Assembly: GCF_006345805.1 (NCBI RefSeq)
Contig: NC_043012.1
Coordinates: forward strand, 27,962,001-28,026,000
Reading direction: 5' to 3'
Length of the DNA stretch: 64,000 nt
Source: Octopus sinensis
Lineage: Eukaryota
In this document: piece after piece, positions 12,422 through 23,619 of the stretch
Numbering within the stretch: position 1 is the first letter of the stretch
How the letters are laid out: the number at the start of each line of letters is the position of its first letter
Translations under genes and position numbers: made by a program
The notes under the pieces: model-generated
Database searches by the model: none
What the model was told of the DNA's origin: nothing
What the model saw: the letters and a program-made list of their open reading frames with translations, nothing else

Positions 12422-12883
12422 ATATATATATACATATATGTATGCATACTCACATATATACTATATTTAGGGAGTTTGAGGGGCTGAGAGAAGGACGGTG
12501 CGATGGAGAAAGGTAAAGAAAAAGAGAAAGAGAGACGGAGTGTCTATATCTTTAGAGAGACGAACGAAAGAGAAAGAGAAACAAAAAAGTGAGTGCGATG
12601 AAGAAAGATGGTGTGATGGAGTGAAGAAAAGAGACGGAGCGAGAGAAAGAGAAGAGGCAGGGAGAGTGTCTACATATTTAAAGAAAGAAAGAGAGCAAGG
12701 GGAAATTACGGTGTGATGGAGAAGAGAGAGTAAAGTTATGCAAATTCTTGAAAAGGATTCGACTTGGATGTGGAAAAATAAATAAAGGAATAAATAAATA
12801 TATACCTGTCCTATATTTAAGAGATGAAGAATTATGTACATTATTTATATTTGACGGATATTTGTCCTCATCTTGTTTGTTGT

Positions 12884-12926
12884 TAATACGTTTCAGCTGA
12901 TACATCCTCCAGCCTTCATCAGGTGT
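12884..12926 (-). ncRNA. Hammerhead ribozyme motif, helix I damaged
   Basis: acac CTGATGA a ggctg..cagct GAAA cg TA ttaa: core and helix II intact, 3' strand of helix I does not pair. Confidence 0.55.
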
Positions 12927-12976
12927 CTTGGGGAAATTTTGAACTTGGTTTCTCATTCCTAATGTATTTTTTGATG

Positions 12977-13018
<42 letters not shown>

Positions 13019-13019
<1 letters not shown>

Positions 13020-13092
13020 GGTCACTACCTGGAATCGAACTCGGAATCTTGGGGTTAGTAGCCTGCGCTCTTAACCACTACGCCATATGCCC
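13019..13092 (-). other. tRNA-derived sequence (Pol III A and B boxes), not a functional tRNA
   Basis: gggcatatggcgtagtggttaagagcgcaggctactaaccccaagattccgagttcgattcc: A-box tggcgtagtgg, B-box gagttcgattcc; imperfect T and acceptor stems. Confidence 0.8.
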
Positions 13093-13524
13093 ACGGGCAA
13101 ACATCAGTACGGGCAATACGATACGGTGTTTACCTTTCGTATATTTGTAAGGGCTTTTATTTTTTCTGTTTTTTTCCTTCTCTATATTCAAGATGGTTTT
13201 TCTTTAAATGTGTTGGGTTGTGTTTCACTCAAAAGTTATTCAGATTGGGATTTTTTCTTATGATCGAAAATAGCAAATATTTTAGAAATTTCGTAAAATC
13301 CACATGTTGTTATTAGCAATGTTAATAATTCGTACATTCGCAAAAGATTATTCCTGCTTAATATATTTCACTTTATATTTCCTCAAGTGTATTCTTTATC
13401 ACTCAGGAGGACATTCAAGGCTTTTTGCTTTTTTTAAAATAGAAATCGGAGTATTTTAGAAATTTCTTAGCGATTGTCTAGGATTTTTCTAAAAAAAAAC
13501 GTGTTGATCAGAGGTCGCCATATT

Positions 13525-13570
13525 TAATATATGTATATGTATATGTATATGTATATATGTATATATATAT

Positions 13571-13620
<50 letters not shown>

Positions 13621-13707
13621 ATTATATATATATATATATATATGCATATGTATATATATATATATATATATGCATATGTATATATATGTGTATATATATA
13701 TATATAT

Positions 13708-13768
<61 letters not shown>

Positions 13769-14360
13769 TATATACATATATATGTATGTATATATATATG
13801 TACATATATGTATATGTTATATATATATATATACGTATATATATGTATTTTTATATACAGATAGACATACAGACGGATAGGTACATAGGTAATATGAATA
13901 GACAAGCACGAATACACACACATACGCAAATGAAGACTGAAACACATGACCATACACACACACACACACTTCACTTTACACAAGGACACATATGGAGACA
14001 CACTCCATACGTATGGAGACACAGATCCATACATACAGACGCAGTACACAGTCACAAAAACCCATACACACACAAAGACACACTCAGACATACACACACA
14101 AGGAGACAGAGGTACACACACACACACACATGCAAACACACACACACACACAAAACACGCAAACACGAATACACAAACACATGAATATGCAGAATACATA
14201 CATACAAACGTACACACATACATACGCGCACATACATACATACATACATACATACATACATACATACATACATACATACATACATACATACATACATACA
14301 TGCATACACACACTTACACGCATACATACATGCGTATGCGCGCAACTCACTGACCCCACA
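13525..14360. repeat. Compound microsatellite (TA/CA/TACA)
   Basis: Direct reading. Confidence 0.95.
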
Positions 14361-14549
14361 CACATGCGCACAAACAAAAAGAACGCAGCTTGGATAACGG
14401 ACAGAGTCAACAACTGAAAAGGTTGCAAGATGCAACGAAAATTTTAGGAAAAATAAGTAAGTAAATGAGTGGAAATTTTACCGATGATATTTTACCGAAT
14501 GATATTTTACCGAAATTTTACCGTTAAATGATAAGGCACTAAAAGAGAA

Positions 14550-15330
14550 TGACTCTCCCCAGACACAACAGAATATGCTTCAACACACGAACTCACATAA
14601 AGAATCTTGCAAACCAAATCCCAAAACGAAATGAAGTAAGCTTTGGTCAAGCTAGCAAGACGCTGAGAAACACCATGTTCTGCTGTCTAAAAATCAAAAT
14701 AGCTACCCGACAGCTCCACTTCAATAAAACTTGCATCTCCTCCAAGCTAATACACGAGATCTGTGAATTCGGCTGTCAAGCGGTTAGAACTCACAGAACA
14801 TCAAGCAAGAAAACTAAGACGCACGATGTTACAAAATATCAAAAAGAAAATATACTCAGAAATCAACCAGTACCAGAAACGAAAGAGACAGATTTATGAC
14901 AATCATCCAGCAAGAATACCGCCGAGTAAACCATGCCTGTAACAAACATTTCAACAATAAACTCAAGTGAGTGAAACAGCAACAACAACGATCCCAATAC
15001 AAATACCCAAACAATATCGACGGGATTGTTTTATCGGAATGTAAACTACCAGAGGAATTCGGCGCCAGGACACCGAAAAAACAATACCTCCACCGCCGCC
15101 GCCGCCAACAACAACAACAACGACAACAACAACAATTACACTTCTGGAATATACGGTGCAGTACAGCTAGATACAGATGAAACGCATGCTTTAAAGTTAC
15201 CACAAAAATTCGCTATGTAGCGAATTTTGGTGGTAATACGGTCAGAAAAAATGATTGTCTATCTGAAATTGAAAACAACGTACTTAAAATTAAGACAGAG
15301 GTTAGGACAATACAACAACAACAACAACAC
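14550..15330 (+). mobile_element. Possible PLE ORF N-terminal remnant
   Basis: HALKLPQKFAM and KNDCLSEIENN-like segments resemble the region preceding PLE RT; heavily decayed. Confidence 0.4.
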
Positions 15331-15539
15331 AAACATACGAAACCAAAACAACAACGATAGCATTAGCGATGTTGATGACAACAACAATAGTGGCAATAAC
15401 AATAAAAACAATGATAACCACAACATTCCCCACTCAACTATAACAACAACACGAGCATACGAAACCGAAACAACTATTATAATAACAATAACGATGATAC
15501 TAGCAACTGCAACAACACCACCCACAACAATAACAACAA

Positions 15540-17520
15540 CAACAATGGATATAAGTGACAGATGTTCCCCTGGCTCTACTGATCCACAAAAGAACGCGGA
15601 TAAAACGACGAATGAGAGACCTGCCAAGGAAGGAGACACCAATGCGAACAACCAAAGAGTTGAAAGGAGTAAAAATGGTAAAAGGAACAGTGAAGAAAAA
15701 AGGAAGAGAAAAGCCTCTGATGATGACACAAATAAAAAGAGAAGTAAAAACAAACGAGAGCCCCCGAGAAAAGCAACTATGGAAAGAATTAAGTCAGACA
15801 GTCCATATGCAAAGGTACAAATAGTCAAGGAACACACACAAGTATGTAAATTTTACTTGTGCAGTGTTTGCTGGTATGCAAACTGCCGCTTCCTATACCC
15901 CAAACCCTCCTACAGTCAGAACAAAAGCATCCCTCTAATGGGACCAAAAGACAAAGAAAGGCTCCAAAAGGGAAAAAGTTGCACATCACCTACATCAAAA
16001 CAAAAATATGCTTATGTAGTGCGCACTACCTCTAACAGCTATAATATCCAGAAGCTGCAACTGAGCAGCAAGCTTTTTTACCCATGGCACAAAAGATTGT
16101 ACAGCAACTGACCTGGTTACATCAATTCCAGGGTCGAAGTTATCCCCAGCAACATACAAGACCGTCAGAGCCAATGAATCCATAGTGTCCACCACTGGTA
16201 TCAGCACAGATATCGAATCAATATGGACATCAAAGGACAGTTACAACTCAGTAGCAGAACCAAAATTCCCTTCCTGAGAGACCTTGTGGCATGCAATCAA
16301 GCCTAAACACACCTAAAATCCGACATCGTAGATACAGAAATACACAAACCAAAATATGTTGTATTGCGAAGCGACGGAAAAGACCGGAGTCATGATTGGA
16401 GTTGCAATGTATATCCGTGAAGATCTCACGCCCCAGATCCTTTTGCCACATTCAAACTCGGTTTGTGGCATACTAATTGTATATAGAGATCAACTTGATA
16501 TAGTTATATACGCTACTTATCGCCAACCAGATGCTCCAAATTACACGAGCCTATTCAAAGACTTCTTTGCAAGAATAGCAGTCTTAACCAAACTAGAACA
16601 CAGCAGTGTGATTCTCATGGGAGACTTATACTTGCTCAACGTAGGATGGCCTGAGAGTATTTTCTTCTCAGGTATGATGCAATGTGAGCAAAGTCAAGTG
16701 GAATCCCTGCTCAACCTCAAAGTTATAAATGGAGCAGGTCCGTCAACTAAGGCAAACAATATACTTGATCTCTGTTTTATAATCAATATGGATCTCATCC
16801 ATAATATGTAAGTGAAGAAGAGGATGTACTACTGGAAATAGATGACACAGACGCCAACCCAACTGCTGGTCCTGATGGATTCCCAGCAATCCTCTGGCTA
16901 TGGAAACGTGCCCTTGCAAAATTGCTGCAGCTTCTTTTCCAGAGCCTCCTTGTAAGTGGTAAACTCTCAGGCAAACTGAAGGAAGGAATAATATACTCTA
17001 TTCCGAAAGGAGGAAGCAGAGCATTTGCTAAAGATTATAGGCCTATCTCGCTGACCTCACACATCAGCAAAGTCATGGAACGAATAGAATGACTTGCTGA
17101 CTGACTACCAGCACGGCTTTCGATTAGGTAGATGCTGCCTGACACAGCTCTTGCAGCACTACGACCGGGCGCAGCTGTTCAACAACTCAAATGTGAACGT
17201 GATATATTTCGACTTTGAAGAATCCTTTGTTAAAGTCAACCATGCTATATGTTATAATCTGCGTGATCTCGGCATGGTCGGAAAATTTAGAGTATGGCGA
17301 CATGATTTCCTAAAAGATAGAAATCAGGTAGTGGTGGCCGCCTCTGAAGGAAGGTAAATAATCAATGATGTCCCACAGGGCACCGTCTTGAGGTCACTGT
17401 CATTCAGACATACCATCAGCTGCTCAGATATACTATCAGCTGCACTCTTGCTAACTATGCGGGTGATACAAATATCTCTTAGAGAATACAGAACCCTGGA
17501 GATGTTGCACATCCGCAGCA
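15540..17520 (+). mobile_element. CR1-group LINE copy 2, internally deleted
   Basis: ORF1 CKFYLCSVCWYANCRFLYP; APE GVAMYIREDL...MGDLYL; RT YQHGFRLGRCCLTQLL, YFDFEESFVKVNH. Confidence 0.85.
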
Positions 17521-17540
17521 GAAGTTGGACGCAATATATA

Positions 17541-17875
17541 TGTTATGACGAGAATCATGACACCCCCTGTGAGAATAGACTAGCTGAACTCGTATAAATA
17601 GCAGCATGTTTGACTGAGGGGGAGATGAAAAATCGCAGGAAGTCGAAAGGTGTTGTTCGTGAGTTTGTGGAGCCGCAGGAAATTGTTGAGAAGTTGTTAT
17701 TGTTCGTTGAGAGTTGTTTTGGATTGGTTACAGTTGTTGACAGAGTATTTGAGAATACATCAAGTTGAAACAATTGGCGTCTATCCCGTTTCGTAGTATT
17801 GTATATCCCACTGTTATAAAAATAGCATACAGCACCACGATACAAAAGTCGCGACGAGTATATTCACGTAGAACA
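17541..17875 (+). mobile_element. LTR of a Gypsy retrotransposon
   Basis: TGTT...AACA termini, tataaat box, followed by a PBS-like tggtgacgaag at 17878. Confidence 0.75.
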
Positions 17876-19345
17876 ATTGGTGACGAAGTGATTTGACGCT
17901 TACGTCATTAACAATTTTTTATGATACAAAAGATTCGTTAATTATGGAAGGCCTATTAGCCGACATATTACAGTTGCAAAAGCAACAGCAGCAACAAGAT
18001 TTGCACCAAGAACTACAGCAACAGCACAATCAGTTGCTGGAACCAATGTTGGAGTCGGGAAACACCGCAAGTTTGTTTTCGCCAGATGGCGTAGCGAGTG
18101 CTATAACGGAATTTAGAGAGTATAACTTTTTCGACATACTTAAGAAGAAACGAAGAAATCTTCAAGGAACAATGCAAGTGTTAGACAGACAATAAAAAAG
18201 TGAGACTACTGTTACGGAAACTAGGTCCTTCAGAACATGGTAAATACTGCAATTTTATCCTGCCGAAAAGCAAAATAAAACAAGTAAAATTTGTTTCGAG
18301 GAAACAATTGAATTGCTATCCAAAATGTTCAGTGATAGGAGTTCTCTGCTTAGCACTCACTGGGAATGTTTGAACTTAGTAAAAAAAAGAGGGCGAGGAA
18401 ATTGTTAGTTATGCCGGAATCGTAAATAGAATGTGCGAAAAATTTAAACTGAAGGAATTATCTCCGGACATATTTAAATGCCCCATCTTTGTGCAAAGTT
18501 TAACTGCAGACAAAGATGCAGAAATACGTGCATGGATTCTTACCAAACTAAAACAGGAGGACCAGCATTTAACCCTGCAGGCAGTAGCAAAGAAATGTCA
18601 AAGAATTATTAACTTGCGACAGGATGTAAAGAAAATGGAAGAAAAATAATTTCTCTCAAGTACAGACATGTCGACCAGGAATAAATAAAGAAAAAAGAAT
18701 GTTACGACCAAATCAATGCCATGGGTGTAGAGGTCTGCATTTTAAGAAAGACTTTCCATTTAAAACTCGGAAATGTTTTAGATGTCAAAAAATATGACAT
18801 AAAAGCTCGCACTGCATAGTGAAGCAAGAATGGTCGGAAAAAAATTTCTAAAATTGTTTACTCAATGGAAAGTCGTGACGACACCCAAAAGAGAAAGCAT
18901 GCGTATGTAAAAATAAACGACGCGAACGTGAAACTACAATTAGACACACGTAGCGACATTACAATTATTGTCACCGACACGTGGAAGAAAATTGGGAAAT
19001 CTACATTAAAGAAAATATCGAAAAATGCGCGCGACGTTTCAGGTGAAAGATTACACTTCTTAGGCGAAATGGTAAGCGACATTACCTTTCGTGATAAAAC
19101 CTATAAAGCAAAAGTGTTTGTGTTAAACAACGCAACAAACTTGTTCGGTACTGACTGGATGGAGTTGTTTGATTTAATGGATCTCCCCATAAATCTGTCT
19201 GTAAAAACATAAATAATTATTCCTCCAGTAAGAAGAATAAGCCATCAGATGAATTGAAGAAAAAATTTTAAAATGTTTTTCCTGAAGTGTTGGATAAATT
19301 AGGTTTGTGTACTTTTAACTGAGTCATGTTTCCAAATTAAAGAAA
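17876..19345 (+). mobile_element. Gypsy (Mag-like) gag-protease remnant, truncated before RT
   Basis: Gag-like CPIFVQSLTADKDAEIRAWIL, degenerate CCHC pair, protease VKLQLDTRSDITII (DTG-like). Confidence 0.8.
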
Positions 19346-19572
19346 ACCCACTTGGACGGGATGCCGGTCCGTCGCAGGTGAGCTGCAAGATGCAGGAGGA
19401 AAGAGTGAGAGAAAGTTGTGACGAAAGAGTCAGCAGAAGTTTGCCATTACCTTCTGCCGGAGCCGTGTGGAGCTTAGGTGTTTCGCTCATAAATACACAC
19501 ATCGCCCGGTCTGAGGTTCGAACCCGCGATCCCTCGACCGCGAGTCCGCTGCTCTAACAACTAGGCCATGTG

Positions 19573-19580
<8 letters not shown>
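19346..19580 (-). mobile_element. tRNA-derived SINE (family B)
   Basis: Minus strand tggcctagttgttagagcagcggactcgcggtcgagggatcgcgggttcgaacc with A and B boxes. Confidence 0.8.
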
Positions 19581-19611
<31 letters not shown>

Positions 19612-19769
19612 ACATTGATGACAATTGAATTTTTCCTTTTTGGCTTTACATTGCTTATAGCCGTCTTCATTATTTTATAATTTCCAAATTATCCTTTTGC
19701 TGAATCATCCACTGATTCACATAGTAAATACTGTATACTGATTGAGCCAAACTATCCACCGATTGAGTA

Positions 19770-19821
19770 ATCATCACTGATGAGCTTTTAATTCAAAGCG
19801 AAACAAGACTAGTGTGATGAT
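19770..19821 (+). ncRNA. Hammerhead motif with non-canonical GUG triplet
   Basis: atcatca CTGATGA gcttt-taattc-aaagc GAAA caagactag TG tgatgat: helix I 7 bp, helix II 5 bp. Confidence 0.6.
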
Positions 19822-19915
19822 CTCCCTTGCGGGGGGTGGTAATCTTCCTTGTCAGTTCATAGGCATGTGCTTCTTTGCACCTCTAAGGGCTTTTTTCATC
19901 ACACACACACACACA

Positions 19916-19982
<67 letters not shown>

Positions 19983-20139
19983 CACAATGAGGATATCTAA
20001 ACCTCTTGTAGGGATATTTTAGCCAAGATACACTAGTTTAATATATTATATTTTGAAGAGATATTTCTTCAATGAATATATTATGTAAAATACTAAACAT
20101 TATTATCGAGTTAGAAAAGAGGGAGATCTAATGGATACA

Positions 20140-20701
20140 AATTAATTAATCAACATATTCACCTACAATTGTTTTATTTCACAAAGAAAATTAAAATTAC
20201 AAAACATATATAAATATATATTTTGAATTTTAAATACCTTTTATGGAAAATCATCAGGGTGTACAAAGGACAATACAGGGATTACATTAAGATACGCTTA
20301 GAATACGCAGAATATATAGACATGTTTATTATGTGTGTATGTATATGTGTGTGCACGCATGCGTTAAAATTATTACTTTCAATTTTAATTCAATAACAAT
20401 AATTATAATAATTATGGATAATGGGTTATTATTCATGTTTATCACTATTAGTGAATTAAAAATGAAAGTAATAATTTTAACGCACGCGTGCACACACATA
20501 TACATACACACATAATAAACATGTCTATATATTCTGAGTATTCCAAACTTATCTTAATGTAATCCCTGTATTGTTCTTTGTACACCCTGATGATTTTCCA
20601 TACAAAGTATTTAAAATACAAAATTATATATTTATATAGGTTTTGTAATTTTAATTTGCTTGTGAAATGAAACAATTTTAGGTGAATATGTTAATTAATT
20701 A
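20140..20701. repeat. Long inverted repeat (arms ~250 bp, 59 nt spacer) with two outward-facing hammerheads
   Basis: Arms 20140-20392 and 20452-20701 are reverse complements; motifs at 20160-20261 (-) and 20583-20684 (+). Confidence 0.9.
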
Positions 20702-20705
20702 ATAG

Positions 20706-20792
<87 letters not shown>

Positions 20793-20830
20793 TACAGATA
20801 TATATATATATACAGATATATATATATACA

Positions 20831-22307
20831 TATATATTTAGTGTAGGAAGAATGGAGCTGAACGAAGATTTAACAAAATTCCTTTTTATTATTTTCTACA
20901 TATGTTTCAAAGGCTGCAAAGTCCCTAATTCGGATTGAATAAGGAGTCCATTTTGCAGCCTTCTCTTCAGGAAAATCCAGGAACTTAATTCTCCAACAAA
21001 ATGCACAGCAAGCTTTTCGACAAACGCTCACGAGGAGCCCATGGAATAAATGGCACAAACTGTCTATCTATATGCGTTGACGCCAGGCTGGGTGAAAGCA
21101 GACGAGAAGGTCCGTTGAGATAATTCAAGGTCAAAATCCGGTTAGCAGAAGGGGAGTACAGGAAAATCAAAGAGTGTGAATGTATTCTGTATGACTGGTG
21201 TTAATATTTGAATTATTTTAAGAATGAGTGCTAGAGTGTTTGAGTGTGAGAAATTGCTTTCATGTATGTGTGTGTGCGTCTATGTATGTGTGGCAGTGTT
21301 TCGAAGGCAGCAAGAGGGAGAGATATAGCAGGTATTAATGGTCAAGCAACAGAAAAGACTGTGTCTGTGTGTTCGTCTGTAACCACTTGATAGAGAGAGG
21401 GGGTATCCACAATGGTCATGGCAGGATACAGTGCTGCTGTCAGGGATGTCAGCAGTTCTAGACAACTAGCAGATCTTATACTAACAGGGAAGGAATATCC
21501 CCTTCCAAATTTAATTCAAATTTTTTTCAATTTTCTTAGGAAATCAAGGGGTTAACTATATTAGACTTATTGGTATGAGGGAAATGTATGCCGTTTCCAG
21601 TGGGGGCATCTGAAAGAATTTTGCACAATCGAGTTAACAAGAGTTCCGAGTTACAAAGAGCACAGATTTTTTTGCCCTTATCAGACTTATCATTGCCTTT
21701 TTTTGCCCTTATCAGACACCGATAAAATTGACCATTCCAGTTGAATTCGCGTTCTTCAAACGCCAGACTAATTTGCTTAGTCCCGTAGCGTGTTGCTTTT
21801 CCTTATCACGGAACATGGAAAAATGATTCGATATTCTAACAGCCAATTTCGATGATGATGCTCCGATATAAATGTAGACATCTGAATCAGTATAAACTCT
21901 GCACTGGTAAATGGCGTTTCTAATCTTGGAGTTACTAGATAAGAACCTTAATCTATTTGGATTGACTTCCGATATTAATACAGCGTTCTTATTACTATGA
22001 TGATTGTAAAGACTACCGCTGGATTCGATATTACTCACCCCATTATCATTACTATTTAAGGCAATATCACCTGCATATTCCCTGTTACTGTGAATGCTGT
22101 GATTGATAATGTCCGTAATACTACTGTTGTTAAAACCGCTGCTAATATTATTGTTGGGACTCCCTACATTAATGACTAGATCAGTGCTCTTATCCTTATT
22201 ACCATTACTTACTTCCCCTACGTTAATGACGAGATCATTGCTCTTATCCTTATTACTATTACTAACTCCAATGTTGGTATGGAGGTTGCTAATATCTGTG
22301 CCAGTTC

Positions 22308-22348
<41 letters not shown>

Positions 22349-22689
22349 TATTATTATTATTACTGCGCGTTATGTTGGAATTAGACGGAGCAGAGTTTCC
22401 GCTCATGGGTGAGAGGGCCTTATTTAGCAGCTTATTGTTATGGGAGGAAATTATCTGTGAAAGATTTTTAGTATTGGAGAAGGCTATCCTAACTTTGTGC
22501 GAATTTACAGTGGAGTAATATCTCGAATTTCTGGGAAAATTTCTGGCAATTGCTTGGCGAAACTGCAATGGTAGGTTAGATCTTATTTGTTTAGGGACTT
22601 TGCAGCCTTTGAAACATATGTAGAAAATAATAAAAAGGAATTTTGTTAAATCTTCGTTCAGCTCCATTTCTTCCTACACTAAATATATA
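20831..22689 (-). mobile_element. 5'-truncated Penelope-like element with inverted terminal copy of its 3' end
   Basis: RT thumb NLPLQFRQAIARNFP...KVRIAFSNTKNLSQIISSHN; GIY-YIG AIYQC...YIGASS...RISNH; CALCNSE; 20831-20928 is inverted at 22591-22689. Confidence 0.9.
20892..20975 (-). ncRNA. Type I hammerhead ribozyme, apparently intact
   Basis: ttttc CTGAAGA gaaggctgcaaa...tttgcagccttt GAAA catatg TA gaaaa: helix I 5 bp, helix II 12 bp, palindromic helix III. Confidence 0.85.
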
Positions 22690-23084
22690 AAACTTCAAAT
22701 TTCCGCACTAAGGCACGGATTTTAGGCCCCATGGTCGTAACCTCAACCGTGCTTTTTCTGTTGTGATTTTTGCTACCCAGGTATCGGTTATCATTTGAAT
22801 TATCCGTAATAAGATAATTCATTTATCTACTTCAAATATATATACATATATATATAACTGTGTAAATTACGAGGGTAAAAATTAAAATATTTTACTACCA
22901 GTGGTTCCCATGCTTAATAAAAGTAATAAAATGTAACATATTTTTTACGTATAAGAGTGACAGGACAGTTAAGCCCAAACTAGAGTTAACAAAATAAAAA
23001 ATTAGTTAATCCCATACACGAGTTTCGCTATTAATGATCAAATAAATTTAACTGACCTCTCTAGTATGTCAAGGGTCTTGTATA

Positions 23085-23115
<31 letters not shown>

Positions 23116-23448
23116 ATACATAAATAAATAAATATATATATATATATATGTGTGTATGTGTGTGTGTGTGTGCGCGTGCGTGTGTGTGTGTTTGTGTGCG
23201 CGCGTGCGTGTGTGTATGTGTGTTTATATATATATATGTGTGTGTGTGTGTTTGTGTGTATATATGTGTGTATGTGTGAGTGTGTGTAATTTATCTAAAA
23301 GTTCATTATCTAAAAGTTCTAAAAGTCAGGAAAAAATGCACTCGCATAGATATACGAGTGCATTTTCCTCTGTGCATACGAGTACATTTTTCAATAGAGT
23401 GGGTATATATTATCTGAAGTGTACAGTATTATATATCCATTACGGCCG

Positions 23449-23531
23449 ATCTTACCGATCGATTTCAGGCTTGGGATTCAATAGAGTATTAGGTAACAAT
23501 CTGATTATGTAACCATGCGCTCATCAGAGGT
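23449..23531 (-). ncRNA. Degenerate hammerhead-like motif
   Basis: acct CTGATGA gcgcatgg...ccaagcct GAAA tcgatcgg TA agat; mismatches in helices I and II. Confidence 0.4.
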
Positions 23532-23619
23532 AGCCGATATGGAATGGAATATAGCGACTGCTCTCTATTGTTGCAGGGGAACTGACACATCCGGTTTGCA
23601 GTTGAAAAAGATTATGAAA

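Larger units (their letters stand above)
12800..13520 (-). mobile_element. Penelope-like element 3' end (decayed GIY-YIG tail, tRNA-like segment, hammerhead)
   Basis: Minus-strand remnants GNIK*NILSR and a terminal motif resembling the GIY-YIG C-terminus, followed by a tRNA-like segment, (AAT)n and a CTGATGA...GAAACG motif. Confidence 0.55.

Noticed and set aside
13019-13092. Functional tRNA gene (ACT loop)
   Set aside because: The anticodon, T and acceptor stems are mismatched and it is embedded in a repeat, so it is treated as tRNA-derived.
14474-14525. Short attttaccga tandem (4 copies); also the tttgcccttatcagac duplication near 21670-21720
   Set aside because: Ordinary slippage duplications with no further structure.
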